64,000 nucleotides of DNA from Alphaproteobacteria bacterium. Lineage in GTDB: Bacteria; Pseudomonadota; Alphaproteobacteria; MPNO01; UBA830. Under the pieces are notes generated by a model. The model was given only the letters and a program-made list of their open reading frames with translations, was not told where the DNA came from and ran no database searches. Shown in pieces: positions 10,701-21,180 of this stretch (the stretch's first letter is position 1; every line of letters starts with the position of its first letter). Where the stretch lies: NCBI GenBank assembly GCA_964291215.2, contig OZ219791.1, forward strand, positions 868,593 through 932,592, in the 5' to 3' direction. The position numbers were made by a program, and so were the translations under genes.

Positions 10701-10867
10701 AACCGCCCTGACCATCTGCGTTCCGAAGCCGCAACGTGCAGCAGGGTCCATGCCGCGCGACGGGGAAATAGTGGCTTGAAGCCGACAAAGGCGTTGCATA
10801 AGCTCGATGTTGAAGGAACTGAAGCTGTTCCTAGGCGGAATCGAGAGTGGCAGAGGGGGAAAATTTG

Positions 10868-10932
10868 TGCAACACCCGGCCCTCATCTCCGTTCGGGCTA
10901 CGCCCTCACTGCGATGAGGGCCGGATGTTGCA
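10868..10932 (-). terminator. Long hairpin about 70 nt downstream of tRNA-Gln; possible terminator
   Basis: A 20-bp inverted repeat with one mismatch, TGCAACA(C/T)CCGGCCCTCATC, has a 25-nt loop. On the minus strand it is followed by ACAAATTTTCC. The T-run is short, so the assignment is tentative. Confidence 0.35.
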
Positions 10933-11001
10933 CTTCAGACGGGAAGTGGGGACGTGATAAAAATTCCAAGCCACAAAAAGTGCCAACTTGGGATATGAGT
11001 T

Positions 11002-11075
11002 GGCTGGGGCGCCAGGATTCGAACCTGGGATCACGGGATCAAAACCCGTTGCCTTACCACTTGGCCACGCCCCAA
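11002..11075 (-). tRNA. tRNA-Gln (anticodon UUG)
   Basis: The reverse complement is TGGGGCGTGGCCAAGTGGTAAGGCAACGGGTTTTGATCCCGTGATCCCAGGTTCGAATCCTGGCGCCCCAGCCA. It has a 7-bp acceptor stem, a D-arm GCC..GGC, an anticodon stem ACGGG/CCCGT with loop TTTTGAT, a T-arm CCAGG-TTCGAAT-CCTGG and an encoded CCA. Confidence 0.92.
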
Positions 11076-11243
11076 AATCGTCGTGCCGCGAACATATGGA
11101 AGACATCCGGCCGCCGCAACAGGAAATCGCCGAAGAACATGTGCCGGAGGCTTGGCGGTGCGGCCGTCATTCGGGGACGCGGCCGCGCTATGGGCTCGCG
11201 CCAAATCAGTTTGTTTATTTAGTGTGGATCTGCCATCGATGAT

Positions 11244-12323
11244 GTCATGGAAGCGATGGTTGATACGCTGCGATCCAAGTTTGTGGTGTTGCGTCCGGTT
11301 CCGGACGAACGCGCGCGGCGCCTGTGGGCGGCGACGGAGGCCCGTGCCATCGGGCGCGGAGGCGAGTGGTCGAGGCGACGGGGATGGGCACCGTTCGGCG
11401 CCGGAGGAGCTTGATTCGGAGTCTTCGAGTGAGATTTCTTCAGGACGTTTGCGTCGCCCCGGCGGCGGGCGCAACGGATCCGGGTTTGGTGGCGGCGCGA
11501 GCTTGAACCGATGACGCGCGGCGATCCAGAGAGTTCGCTGCGGTGTCACAGTGCCGCACGGCTGGCGGACCGTCTTGCGGTCGAGGGCGTCAGCGAGCGC
11601 ACGGTGAACCGGCTGCTCCACGATCTGGGGTACAGCCTCCAGGCCAATCGCAAGTAGCATCCGGACCGGGATGCGCAGTTCCGACGCGCCGGGTGCGCGC
11701 GTTCCGGAGTCTGGGCCAGCCTGTGGTGACACGAAGAAGAAGGAAATCCAGTACCGCAATGGCGGCCGGAAATGGCGGCCCGAGGGCGACCCTGAAGCCG
11801 TCAACGTGCATGACTTCCCCGATCCGGAGCTCGGCAAGGCGATCCCCTGCGGGGTCTACGATCTCACCGCCAACGCCGGCTGGGTCAGCGTCGGACACGA
11901 CACGGCGGCATTCGCGGTCGAGGCCGCTGGTGGCGGCAGATGAGCCGGCTGCTCTATGCCAGGCGCTTGCTGATCACCGCCGACGGCAGCAGCCGCAACC
12001 GGCTGTGGAAGCTGCAGCACCTTGCCGACGAACTCGGGTTGAAGGTGTCGGTGGCCCACTTCCCGCCCGGAAAGTGGAACAAGATCGAGCACCGGATGTT
12101 CTGCCATATCACCCGGAACTGGCGCGGCCGGCCCCTCGTCAGCTACCAGGTGATCGTCAAGCTGATCGCCGCGACCACCACCGGCCTCATCATACGCTCG
12201 GACCTCGACGAGAACAGCTATCCGCTCGGGGTCAAGGTCAGCGACGATGAGATGGACGGCCTCGCCATCCGCAGAGACCCGTTCCACGGCGAGTGGAACT
12301 ACACCCTTACACCACGGACATAA
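11244..12323 (+). pseudogene. ISAzo13-family transposase, multiply frameshifted
   Basis: Frames give MEAMVDTLRSKFVVLRPVPDERARRLWAATEARAIGRGG, RRPGGGRN, TRGDPESSLR, LLHDLGYSLQANRK and DPELGKAIPCGVYDLTANAGWVSVGHDTAAFAVE. They continue with LLITADGSSRNRLWKLQHLADELGLKVSVAHFPPGKWNKIEHRMFCHITRNWRGRPL..FHGEWNYTL. Confidence 0.8.
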
Positions 12324-12348
12324 CGATCAATTTATTTTGGCGAAATAC

Positions 12349-13251
12349 CTATCCGCCGGACAGTGCAGGCCGAACGGACAGCAGGCTCGTTGCCGCGATC
12401 CACCACCGGGGATGCGCCGCCCGCAGGCCGGTGGCAGCCTCGGATGCCTTCCGGACATCGGGAAAGACCGCAAAGCAGGTGGCGCCGCTCCCCGACATGC
12501 GGGCAAGCAGGACGGAGGGGAGGCGCTTGAGCGCCTCCAGGACAGGCGGGATTTCGGGCGCCACAGCCACAGCCGCCGCCGTCAGGTCGTTGCCGAGGGG
12601 AGCGAGGCCGGAGATCAATTCCTCCAGGTCGGCGGGCCGGGTCCACGCAGCTGGTTCCGACCAGGCGCCGGTTCTTGCTCCGAATACCGCGGGGGTGGAG
12701 ACGGGCACCCCCGGGTTGGCGAGGACGAGGCCACAGTCGGGCAGCGCCGGCAGCGTTTCGACGATTTCGCCGGTTCCGGAAACCAGCGACGGCATACCAG
12801 CGACGCAAGCTGGTACGTCGGCCCCGAACTGCTGGCCGAGCCTGGCCAGCTCGTCGTCGCCAGCGGGAAGGTCCCAAAGACGCACCAGCAGGCGCAACGC
12901 CGCCGCGGCATCGGCCGATCCGCCGCCGATGCCGGATGAGACCGGAAGGTTCTTCTCCAACCGCAGCCATGCGCCTCCGTCGACGCCGTAACGGGCCCGG
13001 AGCGCGCGAGCGACCTGGACGACGAGGTTGGCCTCCGGATCGGCCGGGAGGCTGGCAGCGAATTGGCCGTCAGCCGCAAGCGTGATCTCCGGCGCCGGAC
13101 CCGCTTGAAGCCGGTCCGCGATCCCGGCGAAGCCGAACAGGCTCTGTAGCGTGTGGTAGCCGTCGGCGCGGCGGCCGGTCACCCTGAGAAACAGATTGAT
13201 CTTTGCCGGCGCGTCGATCGCAACGGGACGGTTCCGCGGCCGCGCTACCAC
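12349..13251 (-). CDS. ispE: 4-diphosphocytidyl-2-C-methyl-D-erythritol kinase
   Basis: The GHMP-kinase pattern APAKINLFLRVTGRRADGYHTLQSLF and the motif LEKNLPVSSGIGGGSADAAAAL are present. I chose the GTG start at 13251, just downstream of the upstream gene's stop at 13260. The listed ORF extends further upstream without support. Confidence 0.88.
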   Translation of the reverse strand: MVARPRNRPVAIDAPAKINLFLRVTGRRADGYHTLQSLFGFAGIADRLQAGPAPEITLAADGQFAASLPADPEANLVVQVARALRARYGVDGGAWLRLEKNLPVSSGIGGGSADAAAALRLLVRLWDLPAGDDELARLGQQFGADVPACVAGMPSLVSGTGEIVETLPALPDCGLVLANPGVPVSTPAVFGARTGAWSEPAAWTRPADLEELISGLAPLGNDLTAAAVAVAPEIPPVLEALKRLPSVLLARMSGSGATCFAVFPDVRKASEAATGLRAAHPRWWIAATSLLSVRPALSGG

Positions 13252-13259
13252 CGGTCGGC

Positions 13260-15041
13260 TCAGCTGTCCTTTTCCGGATCTGGAGCGGTGTTGAGGCCGT
13301 CGCGAATCTTGTCCTCGATGGTCTGGACGTCTTCCGGCTCCGGATCCAGCGACAAGGCTCGTTTCCACTGAAACCGCGCTTCTTGAAAGCGGCCGACCCG
13401 CCAGTAGGCGTCGCCGAGGTGGTCGTTGATGGTCGGATCCTGCGAGCGGAGTTCGACGGCCCGCTCTAGGTACCTGACAGCAGTCTCAAAATCCTTCATC
13501 CGGTAGAAGATCCATCCGAGGCTGTCCACGATATAGCCGTCGTTGGGCCGCTGCGAGACGGCGCGTTCGAGCATGCCGTGGGCGCGTTCGAGATTGATGC
13601 CCTGATCGGCCCACGAATAGGCAAGGTAATTGAGCACATAAGGCTGGTCCGGGCGCAGCCGCAGGGCATGTTTGAGATCCCGTTCCGCCAGTTCCCATTT
13701 CTTGGCGCGCTCGAATGCCATGCCCCGCTTGAACAGCAGGCGCCAGTGTCCCGCCTCTATGCTGTCGATTCCGTCGAGCGCCCTGCCATAGGCTTCTGCG
13801 GCGCTGTTGAACTCCTTGTTGCGGCGATGGAGGTCGCCGAGGCCGGCAAGGGCCTCGACGCGGACCGGCTCGTGGACCGCGAGCCGGCTGAAGAGCTCGG
13901 TGGCTTCCGGATCCCGCTCAAGCTGTTCGAGATTCCGCGCTATCCGAAGTTCCGCGGTCCATTTCAGCGGTCTATCGGCAGGGATCTGCCGATAGACCGC
14001 GATCGCGTCCTCATAGCGTTCCAGCGATTCGAGGATGCTTCCCACCAGCATGTCGGCAAGATGCAGGTCCGGATCCAGCCACGTCGCAAGGCGGCCGTAG
14101 ATCAGCGCCATGCGCGCCGACGGCGGCTGGCTGATGGCGCTCGCGACATCGAGCAGTACTTCTGCCGCCCCTTCGGCCGCGCCGGCGATCGGGGGCGGCG
14201 GTTCGCCTCCGTCTTCCAGGCGTTCGAGCGCCTTCGCGATGAGTATCGATTCGGGCCGGTCCTTCAGGTACCGGGAATAGAGCTCCGCCGCCTTGTCGGC
14301 CCTTCCGTTTCTTTCGAGGAAGGCGCCGATTCTCTGGGCCATGCGTAGCGACAGGTCCTCGACGCTCTTTCCGGCGCGTTCGTAGTAGGCCAGCGCCTGC
14401 TCGTCGCGGCCGGCCTGTTCGGAGATCAGCCCGGCTTGAAAATCATGGAATACCTGCGGCTGCGACTTCTCCCCGATAACTGCCAGAGTTGTCAGCGCGG
14501 CGTCCGTCTGCCCGCTCTCGGCCTTCACCCAGGCGAGCAGCGTGTTGCGCAGCAACGCGCCGATATCGTCGTCGTCGGAACTCGCGAGCCTGGCCTCGGC
14601 CGAAGCCAGGTCGCCCTGCCTGATCAGGTCGAGCACGACCGCGAGATGAACGATTCCGGTTATCCTTCCGTCGTCGGCGATGGTCGCGGCCAGCTCCATT
14701 GCTCGGTCGATCTTTCCGGCCGAGAGCGTGACGAGGAACAGCTGATAACGCAGATACGGGTCGCCAGGATCTGCCGCGAGGGCTTGATCCAGAAAACTCG
14801 ACGCCAAGGCAAAGTTCCCGACCTTGCGGGCCTGCCAGCCGGCGAGGTACCCGCCCAGCGCCTTGGCCGCAGGGCCGGGCATGAGCAGTCTCCTGGGCGC
14901 GGTATCGGTGCTGCCCGAAGCGGCGACCCGGACTTCGACGTCGAGGGCTCGTGGATCTGCTGCCCGCGGCTGGTCCGGTATGCATCCGGCGACGGCGACG
15001 GCTGTCAGGATTGTCGCAGTGAAAGTGAGAGGGAATGTCAT
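13260..15041 (-). CDS. Tetratricopeptide-repeat lipoprotein; the conserved neighbour upstream of ispE
   Basis: From ATG 15041 the product begins MTFPLTFTATILTAVAVAGC, a signal peptide plus lipobox. The rest is TPR-like, for example AIAVYRQIPADRP, AAEAYGRALD, ERDLKHALRLRPDQPYVLNYLAYSWADQG and AVRYLERAVELRSQDPTINDHLGDAYWRVGRFQEA. Confidence 0.85.
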   Translation of the reverse strand: MTFPLTFTATILTAVAVAGCIPDQPRAADPRALDVEVRVAASGSTDTAPRRLLMPGPAAKALGGYLAGWQARKVGNFALASSFLDQALAADPGDPYLRYQLFLVTLSAGKIDRAMELAATIADDGRITGIVHLAVVLDLIRQGDLASAEARLASSDDDDIGALLRNTLLAWVKAESGQTDAALTTLAVIGEKSQPQVFHDFQAGLISEQAGRDEQALAYYERAGKSVEDLSLRMAQRIGAFLERNGRADKAAELYSRYLKDRPESILIAKALERLEDGGEPPPPIAGAAEGAAEVLLDVASAISQPPSARMALIYGRLATWLDPDLHLADMLVGSILESLERYEDAIAVYRQIPADRPLKWTAELRIARNLEQLERDPEATELFSRLAVHEPVRVEALAGLGDLHRRNKEFNSAAEAYGRALDGIDSIEAGHWRLLFKRGMAFERAKKWELAERDLKHALRLRPDQPYVLNYLAYSWADQGINLERAHGMLERAVSQRPNDGYIVDSLGWIFYRMKDFETAVRYLERAVELRSQDPTINDHLGDAYWRVGRFQEARFQWKRALSLDPEPEDVQTIEDKIRDGLNTAPDPEKDS

Positions 15042-15269
15042 GTTGCCGGCCACCTGCTGCGCCGCCGCCGCATCGGTCGAGGGGCAGCGGCGGACATGCG
15101 CTGACGGCCAGATTCGCTGAATCCGCTGCCAAACGCAATCCGTCGTGATGGCGGCTCTCCAAATTTGTCCGGCCATGGGCGCATTTGCCCCGGGCGGACC
15201 CAATTTCAGACGTCCTGACCTCGTGAGTTGACTTGATCAGTCCGGCTCCCCTTTTTTCCGCCACGAATG

Positions 15270-16767
15270 GTAACTGTTCACCCCCTGGTTCCGGCTTGAT
15301 GTCGGGGTAGAGCAACGAACGGGTTTTCGTGGAGATTTGACACTGCATGCCGATTCGCTTAGTGGTGGTCATCGAGAACGACGGGGACCGCCAGTGGGCT
15401 ACTTTGGATCGAAGGCGACGAGCGGGCTGTGCCAGCTGCTTCCGGGGCTCCAGCCCCCGCATGATCTGTATGTGGAAACGCATCTCGGAAGCGGCGCGCT
15501 GATGAAGCGCAAGGCCGGGTGATGGCGACGGTCAACGCGGCGCGCGAGGAGTTCGAAGCGGCCAAGGCGCTGCGTGCGGCCGGCAAGGTGCCGAAAGAGG
15601 CCGTGATCCGCGTCCTCGTCATCCTGCTCGACATCCTCATCGTCGTCCTTCTGGAGAAGACCACGCACGAGCCGAAACTCCGGTCTGCCGCCGTCACAGA
15701 CGGACAAGAGCGTGCCGGAAGCAACGGCCCGAAGCCGAACCGGCAGATGGGCGACAACCTGCGCAAGATCATCGTCGAGGAGACGGTCGCGGCCTGCGAC
15801 GCCTGCGGCGCCGACATCGACGGCCCCGTCGATCGGGAGCGCCGCACGACATCGTGTTCGAGGTCGTCGAACGCCGCGCCGAGATCAAGGAATGCCCGAA
15901 GTGCAAGGCCCGGTTCCCCGACAACATCCCGTGCAGTACGGCATCCAGGCCCTCGTCATCAACCTGCTGGTCGCCCAGATTCTGTCCCTGCGCCGTGCTG
16001 TCGCGCTCGTGCAGGCGATCTCCGGCATCAAGCTCTCCGAGGCCTCGGCTATGCTTTCACGATGCGTCATGGGAGGAGGCCGCCATGGCGCACCTCCTGC
16101 AACGCCCGATGTCGACGATTTCGGATCAACGGCAAGTGGCTTCATGTCGTGGGACCCTGACATGCAAGTTCCCGCACCGCAAGCGCGGGCAAGAGATCGG
16201 CCCGTGCTACAAGGGCGTCCTGGGCCTCGTACATGGGCCAGTGTAGCCACCAGCTGTGCGGCAACCACCTGCTGCGCGAACTGACCTTTGTCGTCGAGGC
16301 TACCGCGCGACTGATGAAGAGCCTGCTCCGCGAAGTCTGCCACAAGATCAACAAGAGCGCATCCAAGACCCTGAACGACGCCGGGCCGTGCACAAGCGCT
16401 ACCGCACCATCAGGGCGCCAGGGAACTGCCCGACATCCCGACGAAAGGAAAACGTGGACGCATAGCAAACGCGCACAACCTGCACGAACGTCTCGTGAAA
16501 CACGAAAACCTGCGCTTCATAGACAACCCCGACGTCAGCTTCACCAACAATGCCGGAGAACAGAAGATCAGGATGGCAAAGGTCAAGGTGTCCGGATGCT
16601 TCCGCTCCACGCAAAAGCATGGTGCCGGGGCTCAAGCTACCTCACCTCCATGGCCGCACTCGGCTACAATCATCACGTCGCCACCCAGATCGCCCTCGAC
16701 GGAAAAGCCGCAGACATCATAACGAGCACTACGACCAATCAGAACCCAACTAGGGGTGAGTAGATAC
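15270..16767 (+). mobile_element. IS66-like element, copy C: methyltransferase-deleted, transposase frameshifted
   Basis: Its ends are GTAACTGTTCACCCCC (15270) and GGGGTGAGTAGATAC (16767). A perfect 8-bp target duplication CACGAATG lies at 15262-15269 and 16768-16775. The methyltransferase remnant is a 61-aa ORF ending ..HLGSGALMKRKAG. It shares a 7-bp transposase deletion with copy D. Confidence 0.88.
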
Positions 16768-16859
16768 CACGAATGAACGATTTTCCCGGTTCTTGCTTGG
16801 CAACATAGCCGCGTGATGGTCCGATATACCATGATGCCTATGCTTGGATAATCCCGGCC

Positions 16860-17100
16860 ATGAACACGCTCGTGATGCACTCTCCTGAAGCCATCGGAAC
16901 CTCGTGCTTCTCCCTTGCCGATGTCGACGGACAGACCGTCTACTTCTCGAACATGGAGCCCTGCCACGACGAGGGCGACCGGCCGGCGATGCTGCTGCGG
17001 ATCGCCAGGCACGGCGTTCCTCAAAGAGACCTGCAGACGGCGTGAGCCGCGCGACCGTGCAGCGGGCGGTGAAGAAGCTCCGGAACCGGCCTCCGCATGA
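16860..17100 (+). pseudogene. Small frameshifted ORF with a resolvase-type C-terminal HTH; possible recombinase remnant
   Basis: ..DRPAMLLRIARHGVPQRDLQTA is followed in another frame by VSRATVQRAVKKLR. This resembles the HTH_7 tail of serine recombinases. No catalytic domain is present. Confidence 0.25.
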
Positions 17101-17198
17101 TCTATGAACTGCCAGACAACGCACGCAAACTCGGCCCAGAAGCATCACCCTGATTGGAAGAAATCAAAGCCGAGGTCAGGATGTCTGAATTTCGCCCG

Positions 17199-18836
17199 TC
17201 ACATGTTGGGATAGTTGGGGCCGCCGCCGCCTTCCGGGGTGACCCAGTTGATGTTCTGGGTTGGGTCCTTGATGTCGCAGGCCTTGCAGTGCACGCAGTT
17301 CTGGGCATTGATCTGCAGCGCCGGATTTTCGCCGTCGGCGTCGCGCAGTATTTCGTACACGCCGGCCGGGCAGTACCGCTGTTCGGGGGCGTCGTAGCGT
17401 TCGAGATTGACCGAGATCGGCACCCGGTCATCCCTAAGGGTGAGATGGGACGGTTGGTTTTCCTCGTGGTTGGTGTTCGAGATGTGCACCGACGACAGCC
17501 TGTCGAAGGACACGATCCCGTCCGGTTTGGGGTAGTTGATCCTGGGTGCCTTCGTGGCGTCCCGAAGGCGCGCGTGATCCTCGTGATGGCGCATCGTCCA
17601 GGGCGCGCGGCCACGGAACAGGTAGGTGTCGATGGCCGCATGGGCGAGTCCGGCCCAGAGGCCCCAGCGAAAGGCAGGGCGGATGTTGCGCACGCCGCGG
17701 AGTTCCTTCCAGACCCAGCTGGACTTGAGCGCCTCGCGGTATGCCGCCGCCTCGGCGGCTTCGTCTTCGCCGGTGATCGCGAAAAACACGGCCTCGGCCG
17801 CCAGCATGCCGGATTTCATGGCCGTGTGCGTGCCCTTGATCTTCGCGACGTTGAGAAACCCGGCCGAACATCCGGCCAGCAGCCCGCCTGGAAAGGTGAG
17901 TCTCGGGATCGACTGGAAACCGCCCTCGTTGATGGCGCGGGCGCCGTAGGCGACGCGGCGGCCGCCCTCGAAGGTCGGACGGATTGCGGGATGGGTCTTG
18001 AAGCGCTGAAACTCCTCGAACGGGCTCAGGTGCGGATTGTCGTAGTCCAGACCGATGACGAAGCCGGTCGCCACCTGGTTGTCTTCGAGATGGTAGAGAA
18101 AGGACCCGCCATAGGTTGACCTGTCGAGCGGCCATCCGATCGTGTGCACGACGCGGCCGGGATAGTGCCGGGCGGGATCGATCTCCCACAGTTCCTTGAT
18201 TCCGATCCCGTAGGTCTGGGGCTCCACCCCGTCGCGGAGCGCGAACCTGGAGAACAGGGACTTGGCCAGCGATCCGCGGCAGCCCTCGGCAAAGATGGTC
18301 TGCCGAGCATGGAGTTCGATTCCGGGCTCGAAGTTCGCCGTCGGCTCGCCATCGCGCCCGATTCCCATCGGTGCTGTTGCGACGCCAGTCACGCGGCCGT
18401 CGTTGCCATGGAGGATCTCGGCGGCGGGGAAGCCCGGGTAGATCTCGACGCCGGCGGCCTCTGCCTGTTCAGCCAGCCATCGGCACAGATTGCCGAGACT
18501 GATGATGAAGTTGCCGTGGTTCTTCATCTGCGGCGGCGTGGGCAGCCGAACCGCGCCGGACCGGTGCAGGAACAGGAAACGGTCCTCGGTCGCCGGCGTG
18601 TTCAGCGGCGCGCCGCGCTCCTTCCAGTCGGGGAACAGTTCCGCGAGCGCCCGCGGCTCGAGCACGGCACCCGAAAGGATGTGTGCGCCGACCTCGGAAC
18701 CCTTTTCCAGGACACAGACCGAGATATTCCTGCCGCTCTCCTTGGCAAGCTGGCGCAGACGGATCGCGGTCGACAGGCCGGCCGGGCCGGCACCGACGAC
18801 GACGACATCATATTCCATCGAATCCCGTTCCATCAC
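17199..18836 (-). CDS. Electron-transfer flavoprotein-ubiquinone oxidoreductase (ETF-QO)
   Basis: This is an intact 545-aa ORF. It has the FAD motif [14 protein letters not shown] and the C-terminal 4Fe-4S region YCPAGVYE...[28 protein letters not shown]. Confidence 0.93.
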   Translation of the reverse strand: MMERDSMEYDVVVVGAGPAGLSTAIRLRQLAKESGRNISVCVLEKGSEVGAHILSGAVLEPRALAELFPDWKERGAPLNTPATEDRFLFLHRSGAVRLPTPPQMKNHGNFIISLGNLCRWLAEQAEAAGVEIYPGFPAAEILHGNDGRVTGVATAPMGIGRDGEPTANFEPGIELHARQTIFAEGCRGSLAKSLFSRFALRDGVEPQTYGIGIKELWEIDPARHYPGRVVHTIGWPLDRSTYGGSFLYHLEDNQVATGFVIGLDYDNPHLSPFEEFQRFKTHPAIRPTFEGGRRVAYGARAINEGGFQSIPRLTFPGGLLAGCSAGFLNVAKIKGTHTAMKSGMLAAEAVFFAITGEDEAAEAAAYREALKSSWVWKELRGVRNIRPAFRWGLWAGLAHAAIDTYLFRGRAPWTMRHHEDHARLRDATKAPRINYPKPDGIVSFDRLSSVHISNTNHEENQPSHLTLRDDRVPISVNLERYDAPEQRYCPAGVYEILRDADGENPALQINAQNCVHCKACDIKDPTQNINWVTPEGGGGPNYPNM

Positions 18837-18944
18837 ATGCTCCGGCAGTTGGCGATCTATCGTCCACGGTGCTAGTGCGGGCGGCTTTCATGTATAACAT
18901 GAGGCTCCCTTTCGAGGGTAGAGCACTACGGTCCGGGTGAAGAT

Positions 18945-19781
18945 ATGACCAGAGACGGATCCGGGGCGACGGCGGATCACGGGGATGGCGAGGCGCTGCT
19001 CGCCTGGTATATCGACGCGGGCGCCGACGAGGCGGTCTCGGAAGAGCCGGTTGATCGCTTCGCGGCGGCGAGATCGGCGCCGCGAAGCAACGTTCGCGAC
19101 GCCGTCCGGACGCCGCCAGTGCCGGGACAGGCTGCGGCCCCGCGGGTGCCGACGTTGCCGAAGTCGCACCGACAGACGTTCGACAATGCGCGCCAGCTGG
19201 CCGCCAGCGCCGCGACACTGGACGAGTTGAGGGCCGCATTCGAGTTCTTCGAGGGCTGCGCGCTCAAGGCCACGGCCCAGAACTTCGTGTTTGCGGACGG
19301 CAATCCGGAGGCCGGGCTGATGTTCATCGGCGAGGCGCCCGGGGCCGACGAGGACCGCCAGGGCCTGCCGTTCGTTGGGGCGGCAGGCAGGCTGCTCGAC
19401 CGCATGCTGCAGGCGATCGATATCGATCGGGAACGGGCCTACATCACTAATATCGTCCCCTGGCGCCCGCCGGGAAACCGCCCGCCGACGGATCCCGAGG
19501 TCGCCATGTGCCTGCCCTTCGCCAAGCGGCACATCGAACTGGTCGCGCCCCGGATTCTGGTGCCGCTTGGCGCGGTGGCGGCCAAGTCTCTGCTCGGCGC
19601 CACCGAGGGCATCATGAGGTTGCGGGGCCGCCGGAAGATCTACAGGACCGACGACGATCGCGAGATCTCGACGCGGCCGATGCTGCATCCGGCCTACCTG
19701 CTGCGCAATCCCGCTGCCAAGCGCGAGACTTGGCGCGATCTGCGCGAAATCCGCCGCGATCTGGCGGGAACCGGGAGCTGA
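18945..19781 (+). CDS. Family-4 uracil-DNA glycosylase with N-terminal extension
   Basis: The motifs are [42 protein letters not shown] and HPAYLLRNP. It is an intact 278-aa ORF. Confidence 0.88.
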   Translation: MTRDGSGATADHGDGEALLAWYIDAGADEAVSEEPVDRFAAARSAPRSNVRDAVRTPPVPGQAAAPRVPTLPKSHRQTFDNARQLAASAATLDELRAAFEFFEGCALKATAQNFVFADGNPEAGLMFIGEAPGADEDRQGLPFVGAAGRLLDRMLQAIDIDRERAYITNIVPWRPPGNRPPTDPEVAMCLPFAKRHIELVAPRILVPLGAVAAKSLLGATEGIMRLRGRRKIYRTDDDREISTRPMLHPAYLLRNPAAKRETWRDLREIRRDLAGTGS

Positions 19782-19868
19782 CAGGGCATCTTTCGGATCG
19801 TGCCGGTCACCTGCGTGGCGAGCGGCGCGGATATTCCGCGGCTGCGACGCCGGGAGGCTTGCGTCAAC

Positions 19869-21180
19869 CACGGCGATCCCACGCTAGGTTTGTTGGAAGG
19901 GTCGGTTTTGCTTGTTCAGGATGATTCGCATTTTCGCTGGCTTTTTGTGAAGCGACGTAGTATCCGTTGTCGTGGGGGCAGCGGATTTTTTTGAGACGAC
20001 TCCGGAGGGTTTTGCGCTCCGGGATGTGGTTGTGCGCCTTGCGCGGCCTGATGTCGCTGGAACCGTGTTGTTGACCGTATCTTGGTTTCAAGCAGTTTGC
20101 CGGTCGAGGTCTGCGCTACGTGTTCACCTGGCGCGGGCGGTGGATTGGTGCTGCGGGCTGGCAGACGGGCGCCCTCAGCTGCGCACCCGTTGGCTGGCGC
20201 CGGCGAGGAACAGTTCAGGCGGTTGCCGGGAACAACACGAGGTTTGTTGTTCCTGGTGGTCGTTTCCGGGCCTTGCCTCGTTTGCGTTGTCGCGGATGGT
20301 GCGGCGGCGACTGGGAGGCTGCCGTTGCTTGTTGCGGAGTCGTTTGTCTTGCCGACGAAGTTCAGCGGCACCATGTACAAGGCGGCGAACTGGGAGTGCG
20401 TTGGCAGGAGCTATGCGCGCGCCAGCGGGCGCTATACCGACCGGGGAGGCGAAGGATCTTTACGTGTTTCCGCTGCGTCGTGACGTCGGCTGCGGGATCG
20501 TTCGCCGCTTCCTGTGGCGTGGGAGTTGCGGGCGCCGCTGGTCGGCGCAGGAGTTGCGCTCGATTTATCAGCGGCGCTTTCCGGCGTGCGCAGGGGCACC
20601 GCATCGCCTCGGTGCTGTGCGTGATTTTGCTGGCTTGCGAACCGGCACGGTGCGGTTGCGGCGGCGCACTACGACGCAGAAGGAGCTGGAGCAGCATGGA
20701 AGAACAGGGACAAGCCGGTCTCCACCGTGCACCGGGTGCTACCGACCCGGGATGGATCGAGGATGCGGCGCGCAGCCGCAGGTCGGCAACGCGGTCGATG
20801 GCAAGCGCACCGGCGAGGATCATTACGAGACGGTCTCGCTGGCCGGTTTCGATCCTCAACTATCACGACGGGGAGATCGCTGCCGTCCACGCCGCGACGG
20901 CACCGGTTGCTGGCCGTCTGCTCACCCTCGACGCGCTCCACACCACCCGCGAGGCTGATCATCGAGACCCATCGCGCGGACTGATGGTCAAGGGCAATGC
21001 ACCTTCGAGAGAGCATCAACTGGAAGACCGCCAGCGCTACAACGAAAAGCCCGCGCATGGCCGCCAGCGCACCATCTTCACCCCGCTGGCGAAGATGATC
21101 AACTAGTCAAGCAGATCTTCCGCGTCACCCGGCGCGTCGAATTCAAGAAATCCAGAAAACCGAATACGCCATATGACTAG
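19869..21180 (+). mobile_element. Decayed DUF4338-like/ISAs1-like composite element, copy 2
   Basis: It starts with CACGGCGATCCCACGCTAGG and has the same degraded coding content as 1067-2459. Motifs include MYKAANWECVGRSYARASGRYTDRG, LLTLDALHTTREA and VKGNAPSREHQLED. It ends at a CTAGTCA...TGACTAG segment. Confidence 0.6.

Noticed and set aside
15042-15203. The upstream 54-codon extension of the TPR protein ORF
   Set aside because: The ATG at 15041 yields a canonical lipoprotein signal peptide (..LTAVAVAGC). The extension is not signal-like.
17154-19871. ORFs of 321 aa (plus strand), 243 aa (plus strand) and 327 aa (minus strand) overlapping ETF-QO and UDG
   Set aside because: They are antisense shadows and show no motifs. 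The annotated strands have strong family signatures.
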